Assembly: GCF_044704955.1 (NCBI RefSeq)
Contig: NC_091978.1
Span: 375,100,001 to 375,164,000 of the forward strand
DNA: 64,000 nucleotides
Direction: 5' to 3'
Origin: Pristiophorus japonicus
Lineage: Eukaryota
Shown here: piece after piece, positions 38,685 through 51,896 of the stretch
How the letters are laid out: each line of letters opens with the position of its first letter
Position numbering within the stretch: the first letter of the stretch is position 1
Position numbers and translations under genes: made by a program
Notes under the pieces: model-generated
Seen by the model: only the letters and a program-made list of their open reading frames with translations
Database searches by the model: none
What the model was told of the DNA's origin: nothing

Positions 38685-41600
38685 GTAAGGCCTGGGACTG
38701 GGAGTGGCCCCGCACCGCACCGCGGCCTCCGGGCGGCAGGTCCCAGAGAGGCCGGGGGCCGGGCGGAGCGGGAGCGGGGCCCGTAGGGCACGGGCCCGGG
38801 GCCCCGGTGTTTATTGCCCCATGGACGGGCCGGAGGAGCTGCCGGGGCCTGGTTGCCGGGGGAGGCCGGGGGTGCGGGCCGGAGGCGGCCGGTCAGGGTG
38901 CAGCCCTGAGGCTGAGAGATAACCCTGGGTCACCAGAATGAAAGACTTGCATTTCTGTAGCGCCTTCACAATCCCAGGGCGTCCCAAAGCGCCTCTCAGC
39001 CAATGAGGAGCATTTGGAAAGTGGAGTGTTGTAATGTGGGAAACGTGGCAGTCTATTTCACACAGCAAGATCCCACACAGCATCACCATATTCACACAGT
39101 CCCTCGGGATCGAGGCACACCTGCTTCCACTCTGAGCATGGGCTCTCAGGTGGCTGAACAGCCCAATACAGGAACCACAGTCTGTCACAGGGGGACAGAG
39201 AGTGTTTGAGGGAAGGGGAGGGTGGGACAGACAGTGGTTGAGGGAAGGGGAGGGTGGGACAGACAGTGGTTGAGGGAAGGGGAGGGTGGGACAGACAGTG
39301 GTTGAGGGAAGGGGAGGGTGGGACAGACAGTGGTTGAGGGAAGGAGAGGGTGGGACAGACAGTGGTTGAGGGAAGGGGAGGGTGGGACAGAGAGTGGTTG
39401 AGGGAAGGGGAGGGTGGGACAGAGTGGTTGAGGGAAGGGGAGGGTGGGACAGAGAGTGGTTGAGGGAAGGGGAGGGTGGGACAGAGAGTGGTTGAGGGAA
39501 GGGGAGGGTGGGACAGACAGTGGTTGAGGGAAGGGGAGGGTGGGACAGACAGTGGTTGAGGGAAGGGGAGGGTGGGACAGAGAGTGGTTGAGGGAAGGGG
39601 TAGGTGGGACAGACAGTGTTTGAGGGAAGGGGAGGATGGGACAGGCAGTGGTTGAGGGAAGGGGAGGGTGGGACAGACAGTGGTTGAGGGAAGGGGAGGG
39701 TGGGACAGAGAGTGGTTGAGGGAAGGGGAGGGTGGGACAGACAGTGGTTGAGGGAAGGGGAGGGTGGGACAGACAGTGGTTGAGGGAAGGAGAGGGTGGG
39801 ACAGACAGTGGTTGAGGGAAGGGGAGGGTGGGACAGAGAGTGGTTGAGGGAAGGGGAGGGTGGGACAGAGTGGTTGAGGGAAGGGGAGGGTGGGACAGAG
39901 AGTGGTTGAGGGAAGGGGAGGGTGGGACAGAGAGTGGTTGAGGGAAGGGGAGGGTGGGACAGACAGTGGTTGAGGGAAGGGGAGGGTGGGACAGACAGTG
40001 GTTGAGGGAAGGGGAGGGTGGGACAGAGAGTGGTTGAGGGAAGGGGTAGGTGGGACAGACAGTGTTTGAGGGAAGGGGAGGGTGGGACAGGCAGTGGTTG
40101 AGGGAAGGGGAGGGTGGGACAGACAGTGGTTGAGGGAAGGGGAGGGTGGGACAGAGAGTGGTTGAGGGAAGGGGAGGGTGGGACAGAGAGTGGTTGAGGG
40201 AAGGGGAGGGTGGGACAGAGAGTGGTTGAGGGAAGGGGAGGGTGGGACAGACAGTGGTTGAGGGAAGGGGAGGGTGGGACAGAGAGTGGTTGAGGGAAGG
40301 GGAGGGTGGGACAGAGAGTGGTTGAGGGAAGGGGAGGGTGGGACAGACAGTGGTTGAGGGAAGGGGAGGGTGGGACAGAGAGTGGTTGAGGGAAGGGGAG
40401 GGTGGGACAGAGAGTGGTTGAGGGAAGGGGAGGGTGGGACAGAGAGTGGTTGAGGGAAGGGGAGGGTGGGACAGACAGTGGTTGAGGGAAGGGGAGGGTG
40501 GGACAGACAGTGGTTGAGGGAAGGGGAGGGTGGGACAGAGAGTGGTTGAGGGAAGGGGTAGGTGGGACAGAGAGTGTTTGAGGGAAGGGGAGGGTGGGAC
40601 AGGCAGTGGTTGAGGGAAGGGGAGGGTGGGACAGACAGTGGTTGAGGGAAGGGGAGGGTGGGACAGACAGTGGTTGAGGGAAGGGGAGGGTGGGACAGAG
40701 AGTGGTTGAGGGAAGGGGAGGGTGGGACAGAGAGTGGTTGAGGGAAGGGGAGGGTGGGACAGAGAGTGGTTGAGGGAAGGGGAGGGTGGGACAGACAGTG
40801 GTTGAGGGAAGGGGAGGGTGGGACAGAGAGTGGTTGAGGGAAGGGGAGGGTGGGACAGACAGTGGTTGAGGGAAGGGGAGGGTGGGACAGAGAATGCTTG
40901 AGGGAAGGGGAGGGTGGGACAGACAGTGGTTGAGGGAAGGGGAGGGTGGGACAGAGAATGCTTGAGGGAAGGGGAGGGTGGGACAGACAGTGGTTGAGGG
41001 AAGGGTGGGACAGAGAGTGGTTGAGGGAAGAGGAGGGTGGGACAGAGAGTGGTTGAGGGAAGGGGAGGGTGGGACAGAGAGTGGTTGAGGGAAGGGGAGG
41101 GTGGGACAGACAGTGGTTGAGGGAAGGGGAGGGTGGGACAGACAGTGGTTGAGGGAAGGGGAGGGTGGGACAGACAGTGGTTGAGGGAAGGGGAGGGTGG
41201 GACAGAGAGTGGTTGAGGGAAGGGGAGGGTGGGACAGACAGTGGTTGAGGGAAGGGGAGGGTGGGACAGAGAATGCTTGAGGGAAGGGGAGGGTGGGACA
41301 GACAGTGGTTGAGGGAAGGGGAGGGTGGGACAGAGAATGCTTGAGGGAAGGGGAGGGTGGGACAGACAGTGGTTGAGGGAAGGGTGGGACAGAGAGTGGT
41401 TGAGGGAAGAGGAGGGTGGGACAGAGAGTGGTTGAGGGAAGGGGAGGGTGGGACAGAGAGTGGTTGAGGGAAGGGGAGGGTGGGACAGACAGTGGTTGAG
41501 GGAAGGGGAGGGTGGGACAGAGAGTGGTTGAGGGAAGGGGAGGGTGGGACAGAGAGTGGTTGAGGGAAGGGGAGGGTGGGACAGAGTGGTTGAGGGAAGG

Positions 41601-44600
41601 GGAGGGTGGGACAGACAGTGGTTGAGGGAAGGGGAGGGTAGGACAGAGAGTGGTTGAGGGAAGGGGAGGGTGGGACAGACAGTGGTTGAGGGAAGGGGAG
41701 GGTGGGACAGAGAGTGGTTGAGGGAAGGGGAGGGTGGGACAGAGAGTGGTTGAGGGAAGGGGAGGGTGGGACAGGTTTGGCGCACGCTCCTTCCGCTGCC
41801 TGCGCTTGGTTTCTGCATGCTCTCGGTGATGAGACTCGAGGTGCTCAGCGCCCTCCCGGATGCACTTCCTCCACTTAAGGTGGTCTTTGGCCAGGGACTC
41901 CCAGGTGTCGGTGGGGATGTTGCACTTTATCAGGGAGGCTTTGAGGGTGGTCCTTGTAACGTTTCCTCTGCCCGTCCTCTGCCAATCTTTGGCTCATTTG
42001 CCGTGAAGGAATTCCAATTAGACTTCTTGCTTTGGGAGTCTCGTGTCAGGCATGCGAACAATGTGGCCCGCCCAACAGAGCTGGTCGAGTGCTTCGATGC
42101 TGGGGATGTTGGCCTAATCGAGGACGCTAACGTTGGTGCATTTGTCCTCCCAGTGGATTTGCAAGATCTTGAGGAGGCAGCATTGGTGGTACTTCTCCAG
42201 TGTTTTGAGATGTCTGCTGAGCCACATAGGAGGGTGGGTATCACTACTGCCCTGTAGACCATGAGCTTGGTGCCAGATTTGAGGTCGTGGTCTTCAAAAA
42301 CTCCCTTCCTCAGACGACCGGAGGCTGCGCTGGCGCACTGGAGGCGTGTTGGATCTCGTCGTCTATGTCTGCCCTTGCTGATAATGACCAGATAATCTTT
42401 TTTTGTTATGTTGATTGAGAGATAGATATTGGCCCCAGGACACCAGGATTAACTCTCTCCTCCCCCCCTCCCCCCTAATCTTTGAAATAGTGCCATGGGA
42501 TCTTTTCTGTCCACCTGAGAGAGCAGACAGAGCCTCGGTTTAACATCTCATCCGAAAGACGGCACCTCCGACAATGCAGCACTCCCTCAGTACTGCCCCT
42601 CTGACAGTGCAGCACTCCCTCAGTACTGCCCCTCCGACAGTGCAGCACTCCCTCAGTGCAGCACTCCCTCAGTACTGCCCCTCCGACAGTGCAATACTCC
42701 CTCAGGACTGCCCCTCCGACAGTGCAGCACTTCCTCAGTCATTATCATAGGCAGTCCCTTGAAACGAGGCTGACTTGCTTCCACGCCAAAAAGGGGATGA
42801 GTTAATAGATGTTTCAATGATGGACCTAATATTCCAGGTCCTGAGCTGCATCCTGAAGGGTGGAAGATGCCTGTGGGTGGATTTTTTTAATGTGGGCTGG
42901 CCGTTGCATACCAGCCACCACACGGGCTTGACAGAGCTAGGTCTTGGTCCAGTGGCAAGGGTTAACCAAGACAACTGGAGACCAGCTCTGCTGCACGGAC
43001 CTAGTGCACACATATATCGCAGTGTGGGCTGGGCCCGTACTGCCCCTGGGCCCTCGCCTCTCCTGGGCCCCGAACGCACGCCTCTCCTGGGCCCCGATCA
43101 CATCCCTCTACAGTCTCTCGCCGCTTCTACACCCCGACCTCGCCACTCTTGCTGTACCTGCCCACGCTCCAATCACCGACCTGGACCTTGATGTCGTCAC
43201 TTTTCGCTGCCATCACCCTCCTACACCAGCTTGCACTGCTCCCTGAAGTGGTATGCCTCCGCGCTGCTCCCGGGCCGCCACTCACCGCTCCTTTTATGGC
43301 CCCGACCTGCCGCTGGTGTTCTCATGCAAGTCGGGCCTCCGTGCTCCCTCAGTACTGCCCCTCCGACAGTGCGGCGCTCCCTCAGTACTGCCCCTCCGAC
43401 AGTGCGCCGCTCCCTCAGTACTGCCCCTCCGACAGTGCGGCACTCCCTCAGTACTGCCCCTCCGACAGTGCAGCGTTCCCTCAGTACTGCCCCTCCGATA
43501 GTGCGGCGTTCCCTCAGTACTGCCCCTCCAACAGTGCAGCACTCCCTCAGTACTGCCCCTCCGACAGTGCGGCGCTCCCTCAGTACTGCCCCTCCGACAG
43601 TGCGGCACTCCCTCAGTACTGCCCCTCCGACAGTGCGGTGTTCCCTCAGTACTGCCCCTCTGACAGTGCGGCGCTCCCTCAGTACTGCCCCTCCGACAGT
43701 GCGGCGTTCCCTCAGTACTGCCCCTCTGACAGTGCGGCGCTCCCTCAGTACCGCCCCTCCGACAGTGCGGCGCTCCCTTAGTACTGCCCCTCTGACAGTG
43801 CGCCGTTCCCTCAGTACTACCCCTCTGACAATACAGTGCTCCCTCAGTTCTGACCCTCCGACAGTGCAACGCTCCCTCAGTACTGCACTGGAGTGTCAGC
43901 CTGGATTTTGTGCTCAAGTCTCTGGAGTGGACTTGAACCCAGAATCTTCTGACTCAAATGAAAGTACTACCCACTGAGCCACAGCTGACACCATGGTGAC
44001 AATCGTGTTCGATTGAAAAATTCCAAGGTGAAGGAAAGGCATTTTGGGAGTGGGACAGGTTGTGAACTTTACCCGGGACAAGGTTAAGTTTGAGTGCATC
44101 GACCTGAAGGATGATTGGAGGGTGTTGGTGGAATGTGGAGGGGTTGAACCTGAGTCTGTGTCAGAACAGAATGCAGTTTTAGAGAGAGAGGTGCATTTAT
44201 CAAGATTTGAAGAAAAGTCCAGCAAAAAGGTTAGTGTTCTTGTAATGAGAACTAACACGATGGAAGAGTGATGGAAAGGAAGCTCCATGGAAGCTCAGGG
44301 AGACTGTTTAGGCAAGAGATGTGAAGGAGCAGCTTCCGGAGAGGCAGGGAAGCAATGGGTTTCAATAGTTGCATTTCGCAGCTTTGATAGTGGGTTCGTA
44401 AAACTGTTGAGCAGACATAAAGCTGGCATGGCATAGCAGACTGGGCGAGAGGCCACGTGTGATGTGGCCATTGTTTACAACAACAACTTGTATTTATATA
44501 GCGCCTTTAACATAGTGAAACGTCCCAAGGCGCTTCACAGGAGGATTATGTGATAAAGAATTGACACCGAGCTGCAAAAGTAGAAATTAGCGCAGAGGTC

Positions 44601-47600
44601 AAAGAGGTTGGTTTTAAGCAGTGTCATGAAGGAGGAAAGAGAGGTAGAGAGGCGGAGAGGTTTAGGGGGGGAGTTCCAGAGCTTGGGGCCCAGTCCTTAC
44701 TACTAGGGGGATCAAGGGGTATGGCGAGAAAGCAGGAATGGGATACTGAAGTTGCATGTTCAGCCATGAACTCATTGAATGGCAGTGCAGGCTAGAAGGA
44801 CCGAATGGCCTACTCCTGCACCTATTTTCTATGTTTCTATGCAACAGAAGGCACGACCACCAATGGCTGAGTGATTATAATCAGGCTTGCTCAGGGGGGC
44901 AGAATTAGAGCACGGGGCTGATGGGTGAGCGGGACTCGGTGCGAGTTAGGACACGGGGCACAGGGGGTGATGGGTGAGCGGGACACGGGCAGCCGAGTTT
45001 TGGATCATCTCGGGTCGAATGTGGGAGGCCAGCCAGGAGTGGGATGAAGAGTCCAGTCTAGAGATAAAAAAAGGCCTGGATGAGGGCATCAGCAGCGGAT
45101 GAGCTGAGGCAAGGACGGAGGTGGAAGTAGGCGGTCTTAGTTACGTTGTGGCTATGTGGCCGGAAGCTCATTTCAGGGTCAAATATGACACTTAGGTTGC
45201 GAACAGTCTGGTTCAGCCCCAGACAGGAGTTATGGAGAGGGATGGAGGCAGTGGCTGGGGAACGGAGTTTGTGGTGGGGACCGAAAACAAAGGCTTCGGT
45301 CTTCCCAATATTAAATTGGAGAAAATTTCTGTTCGTCCAGAACTGGATGTCAGACAAGTAGTCTGACAATTTAGAGACCATGGAGGGGTCGAGAGAACTG
45401 GGTGTCATCAGCGTACATGTGGAAACTGACGGCATGTTTCCAGATGATGTCGCCACAGTAGAAGGGCAGGCACGACTAAATCAAGCTGTGGTACGGAGTC
45501 TGACAGAAGGGTATGAAATCTTACTGGATGGCTAGTATAAAATCACCGACAGACAGAAATATCAGAAGAAGAATAAAAACACAAGTTAAGGTTTGGAAAG
45601 GCAGCGAATAATTTGCTAATTTAGTCTCTGTTTGTTGACCTATACTGTGGAACTAAATAAATCTAGTTTAGAATAAAAACAGAAAATGCTGGGAACACTC
45701 AGCTTCTGTGGAGAGAGAAAGCGAGTTAAGGTTCCAGGTCGCTGACCTTTGGTTTTAGAGTGTGGTATGAGCACTATGCAGAGATCGATAATGAATGCTC
45801 AGGGGAGAGTAAGAATTACGGTTGGAGTTGAGGGAAATTAGTTGAACTACTAGGCCAGTCAGGGTTAAAGTCAAGCTGTTCAGGGTCATTAAGTGTTGAT
45901 AGATTCATTGGAACTTTTCAATTATTTGTCAAGGAATAGAGAATGTAAAATTAGGAAAATGAGAAGACAGCAATGAATTTAGTGAAATTAAGGAAGTATA
46001 TTTTTAGCCACAGGAGAATTTTAGAATAGCTGTTTCTAACTGTGTTGGTTTGATTTTCGTCTAGTTCATTTGTCAATGTGATGCTAAACTTTAATAGAAT
46101 TAAACTGTGTGAAAATTCAGCCCGTGTCTCTTTCTCTGCAGTACTCCAAGATGACAAGGATGATGTCACCGCTCTGCATTGTAAAGTGGTCTGTCTGGTC
46201 CACAACGGAAGTTTTAAGGAAGCTCTTAATATAATCCATACTCATACTAAGGTGCTCGCCAGGTAAGATTCAAATAATCACACCATCACTCACATGGGCT
46301 GGAAACCTGCTCAATAAGTAGATTCCATTATTGCACATGTATATTACGGCCAAATAGCTGGGCTCAATGTTTCTGGTTGACATTTATTAAGCAGTACTAA
46401 AGAAAGAACTTGCATTTCTATAGCGCCTTTGATAATATCAGGAGATCCTAAGGCGCTTTACAGCCAATGAAGTACTTTTGGAGTAGTCACTGTTGTAATG
46501 TGAGAAATATCCATACATTACTGGTTTAATTGTGGTGTCATGTGACATTGCTGATATCCAGACTTCATTAATCAAAAGATATGTCACGATTGCTTTGTTT
46601 TGCACCAAGAGAATCCTGCATTTTTAATTCAGTATGTTTAGAAACCGTGGTTTGAAAAGGGTGCGAAATGATTGTGAATACAACAGTTTAAAAACAATTC
46701 CTGTCATTGAGTCCATCAAAACAAACTTTGTTTTGCCCTGACTTGCTTTTCAGTGAAGCAATTGCCTTTGAAAAGGCTTACTGTGAATACAGACTGAACC
46801 GAATAGAAACAGCATTGAAGACCATTGAAAGTGTTGACCAGCAGACTGACAAATTAAAGGAACTTTATGGCCAAGTGGTATGTACAGATTTCCTTGTCTG
46901 TTAACTGTTCTCTCGCTGGCAGTGCTGCTAAAAATACCTACCTTTTAAATCCAAGATCTCGATAAAGTAAGTTACATCTACAGAGGGCTGTAGTATAAAG
47001 AGGTTCTAAAATGCTGGTATAACTTGTCAGCGACCTGTGGTTCTAGTTCCTAACTATGTATTATTGGCCTTGAGAAGGTGATTCCAGGTGTCAGGAGTTT
47101 AAATTAGGCGGAAAGATTAAGGAAGTTATTGTCTTTGGAAAAAGATTTTTAGGAGACCCCTTTTGAAGTTTTCAAGATTACTAATGGACCTATCATGACG
47201 TTAGTCACGGGATGGATTTCTCAGACTTTGGTGGTGCAGACCCAGGCTGACGCCAGGGTGGGATTTCTCTTCCTCATATTTAAATCCCTTCATGCCCTCT
47301 CCCTCCCTATCTTTGTCGCCTCCTCCTGCCCTCCAACCTCCCACAAACTCCCCGTCCCTCTGACTGGCATCTTGTGCATCGCCCACCACTGGCAGTCTTG
47401 CCTTCAACCACCTAACCACTTGCTCGGAGCTCATTGATGTGGAAATTGATAAATGAATGGTAAATGTAATAGGACAATGCATCGATAAGATATATATCGA
47501 TACCCATAATAAATACGCATATTGAGTGATTAGGAAAGCAATATGCTCGGTGGTAGGTGTTACTTGAGCCAATCAGAGAAGAGTATCGTGTTTTGTGCTG

Positions 47601-50600
47601 CAGATTAATGTAATCGATTGATTATTTTTAATGATGTAGATAAATGAAGGAAATTAGTTAAGTTGATCCTGGAAACTTGTTCACTATGGAGAATTAGGGG
47701 GCACAAGCTAAAAACAAAGTTGGTACGTTGGGTAACCAGGCAGCGAGATACTGCGACAGACCATTGAGGCAGATGGCTCTGTGCACAGGACAGTAGGTTC
47801 AGGAGGCAGCGATACTTGTTTGTGGAGCGAGAGGATTTGAAGGATACAATGCGAATGTGGATAGTTTTATTTGAGAAAACAGGGTGATAGTTCAAAGTTC
47901 ATAGTGTGGAGTACCGCAATGATGTGATGTAAATCAGGAATTAGCGAGTGACCAGCGGCAAGCATGGGCTTTAGAAGGGGAGACCGATGGAGGGGAGGGG
48001 GTCCACAGTTTTCAGTTCCTGGGAAAAAATGAGATGACTTTTAATGGAACTACATCTGGTAAGGACTTTAAACTTAAATGACTTAATTCATTGAATTCCG
48101 CTATTTAGAGATTACACGGTTACTGGGAATCTTGCTCTCAGTAATCATGTGCTAAATGTTATGATGAATATTCACAGTTTTATTTCACTGCCAACTGTCT
48201 CCCCTCTCGACCCCTGTCCCCTCTACCCTCCACTCCCTCAGCCCCTCACCTTCTTGGGGAACAAATCCACGGGTAGTAAAGTAGTGGCAGCAAAGAAAGT
48301 GAGGAAGGAATAATAATCCAGTGTCTGAAGGGAAGAGGTACAGGATGGGGAAAGACCTTGGCAGGATTTGAAGATGAGGACGAGGATTTTGAAGTTGAAG
48401 CAGTGGGGCATGGGGCAGATGAGCTTAACATGGGGTGAGTGTGAGTAAATGCCGAGACGTTCTGGTTAACTCAAGTAAATTGTGGCTGAGGGATCAGTGA
48501 AGAAAGAACATCTTTACTTATGAGGAATCTTGTTTGCTTTAATATTCTAGCTTGATGGATCCAAATTGTATTGATTAAAGTGTACCGTTAGACTTGCAAT
48601 AGCAATTAGTGGTACATTTAGCACAAAATGTAGACAAATGATAAAATTCTAATATTGAATAATGGTGCTTCTATTGTCTGAGGAGAGATTTATCTGTTGT
48701 GTAAATTCAGTTGTATAGATTGGAACGTTACGAAGACTGTTTATCAGTTTATCGTGATTTAATTCGGAACTCGCAGGATGACTACGAAGAGGAAAGGAAG
48801 ACCAATCTTTCTGCTGTTGTGGCAGCTTTAAGTACCTGGGAAAATTCCTCCGCTGTAAGTATCGGAATCTTTCTATTGAAGCAATTGTAATACATAATTC
48901 ATTACATTTTTCTGTTCCCATGCCTTTTGAGGATAATGTAGAGATTTATTGTGTAATAACTTTGCTTGCTTTAAGTTCCTACATTAAATATTTTATGAAT
49001 GAGTTATTCTTGGACAAAAACTTAAAAAAAAGGCAAATGCCTATAACCTGAAATGACACAAAATGCTAGAAATACACAGACACTAACAATTCTGTTCCAG
49101 ATCTTGATGCATTCTTGGGCTCTCCCTCTTTCCCTTTCTCCCCTCTATTACTGTCAAGCTGGGAGAGCTACCCTAGTTCAGTGGAGAGTGTAGAACGGTG
49201 TGCCAGGCATACCCTAGAATGAGGCACCAACCTAAAAGCTACAACATTGGGCTACCTACATGTTATAACATCAAAAACAGCAGGCTACGTACAGAGCAAA
49301 GCTTTGTAGACTTACCATCCAGTTGAGAATGGCGGTGGTGGACAATCGGGAAAGTGACGAGGAGGAGGATGAAGAGGAGGCTTTGTGAACCTACCATCCT
49401 CAGCCATATTGGAGCTTGGCATCTGAGTACAAGAGACAAGACTAAAGTATTTGCAAATGTGTGGCAAATCTATATTAATGACTTGGATGAAGGGACCAAA
49501 TGTTATGTAGCCAAGTTTGCTGATGATACAAAGATGGATGGGAAAGCAACTTTTGAGGAGAACACAAAAAATGTGTAAAGGGATGTGGGCAAAACTTTGG
49601 CAGATGGAATATAACGTGGGAAAGTGTCAGAAAAAATAAAAATGCTAATTATTATTTAAATGGAGAAAAATTACAAAGTGCTGCAGTGCAGAGGGACCTG
49701 GGGATCCTTGTACATGAAACACACACAGTTAGTATGCAGGTACAGTAAGTAATCAGGAAGGTAAATGGAATGTTGGCCTTTATTACAAGGAGGGGATAGA
49801 GTATAAAAGCAGAGAAGTCCTGCTACCACTGTACAAGATATTGGTGAGGCCACACCTGGAGTACTGCGTACAGTTTTGGTCTCCGTATTTAAGGAAGGAT
49901 ATACTTGCATTGGAGGTAGTTCAAAGAAGGTTTACTAGGTTGATTCTGGAGATGAGGGGTTGACTTATGAAGAAAGGTTGAGTAGGTTGGGCCTCTACTC
50001 ATTGGAGATTAGAAGAATGAGGTGATCTTATTGAAACATAAGATAATGAGGGGGCTCAACAAGGTAGATTCAGAGAGGATATTTCCACTTATCTAGAACT
50101 AGGGGATATCATTTCAGAATAAGGGGTTGCCCTTTCAAAACTGAGCTGAGGAGGAATTTCTTCTCAGAGGGTTGTAAATCTGTGGAATTCTCTGCCCCAG
50201 AGAGCTGTGGAGGCTGGGTCATTGAATATATTTAAGGCGGAGATAGACAGATTTTTGAGCGATAAGGGAATAAAGGGTTATGGGGAGCGGGCGGAGAAGT
50301 GGAGCTGATTCCATGGTCAGATCAGCCATGATCTTATTAAATGGCGGAGCAGGCTCGAGGGCCGAACGGCCTCCTCCTGTTCCTATTTTGTATGTGTGGA
50401 TGACTCTATCTGCCTCCTCACACCATCATAGAGACCACTGCTCAGCTGATTTTGTTCACTCCACATGATATTAAGCAGCTAATGCACTGGACACCAGGAA
50501 GGTGATGGGCCCTGACAACATCCTGCTTGTAGTACTAAAGATCTGTGAATCAGAACTAGCTACCCCCACTAGTGAAGCTGCCAATACAGGTATGTTACTG

Positions 50601-51816
50601 GTACCTACCCAACAACGTGGATAAATACTCAGGTATTTCCTATTGACAATGGCAGGGTTAATCTAACCTGGCCAATTATTGCCCTTTTAGCCTCCCATTC
50701 ATGACCAATGATGGAAGGGGTCAAAGATGCCATCAAACAGCATCTACTCACCAAAACTCTGCTTAGGTTCTTCAAGAACCACTTGGCTCCAGAGCCCATC
50801 GCTACCACTTGCCTGGATGAGTTGCAGCTCCAACAACACTCAAGAAGCTTGACACCATCCAGGACAAAGCAGCCGCTTGAATGGCACCCCATCCACCACT
50901 TTAAATGTTCACTCCCCCCACCACCGGCGCACCGTGGATGCAGTGTGTACCATCTACAAGATGCACTGCAGCAACTCGCCAAGACTTCTTTGACAGCACC
51001 TCCCAAACCCGTGACCTCTACCTAGAAAGACAAGGACAGCAGGTGCATGGGAACACCATCGCCTCCAAGTCACACACCACCCTGATTTGGAAATATATCG
51101 CCGTTCCTTCATCGCCGCTGGATCAAAATCATAGAGCTCTCGTCCTAATAGCAGGGAGCACCTTCCCCACACGGACTGCAGCGGTTTAAGAAGGCGGCTC
51201 ACCACCACCTTCTCAAGGGGCAATTAGGGATGGGCAATAAATGCCGGCCTTGCCAGCGATACTCACATCCCAGGAACCAATAAGAAAAAGATCTAGGGCT
51301 CAATTTTCCCCAAGCCCGTTCTCTGGCGTATTGCCAGAGTTACGCTTATTTTTTTAGGCCAGAAATGCGCCATAAATATTTTTCCAAAGTTTCCCCAATC
51401 TATAAATCGAATTTATATATCGGGAATTTGGAGCCGTGTTGCGTGTGCTCGTGGGGTGGAGCCTGCTGTCTGCGCCAAAAAACAAAGCTGGGCCTTCTGC
51501 ACATGCGCGAAAAAAAATACGTGCGTTTTTGCCGTTGCTCCAATGGCCGCACATGCGCAGTACAGCTCGGATTGCCATCTGATCGGCTGTCTCTCCCTCC
51601 CCACTCTCCCACGACTTGTTTTGTAGCCGAATCTCTAGCCCGCCCCTTGCCTGTGCCGGTCCAGCTCCAGCTCCCCCCCCCCTCCAGTCCCGAGTGCCTT
51701 ACTGGTCCTGTTCCTAGCCCAGGCCGAAGGGCTTGCTGGTCCGATCCCCACCCCTATCTCAGGCCGAATGGCCTCCTCCCTCCCAGTCCCCGCACCTCAC
51801 CCCCTCTCTCCCCCAC

Positions 51817-51896
<80 letters not shown>

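Noticed and set aside
39185-41818. 877-aa Pro/Ser/Leu-rich ORF
   Set aside because: Translation of a stop-free 29-bp minisatellite inside an RTE; no gene features.
43341-43885. 30-bp repeats (and the 23-, 24- and 56-bp arrays) as CRISPR arrays
   Set aside because: No unique spacers, no cas genes, eukaryotic context; most units derive from TEs.
43925-43990. tRNA gene
   Set aside because: The A/B boxes belong to the tRNA-derived head of a SINE; no convincing cloverleaf.
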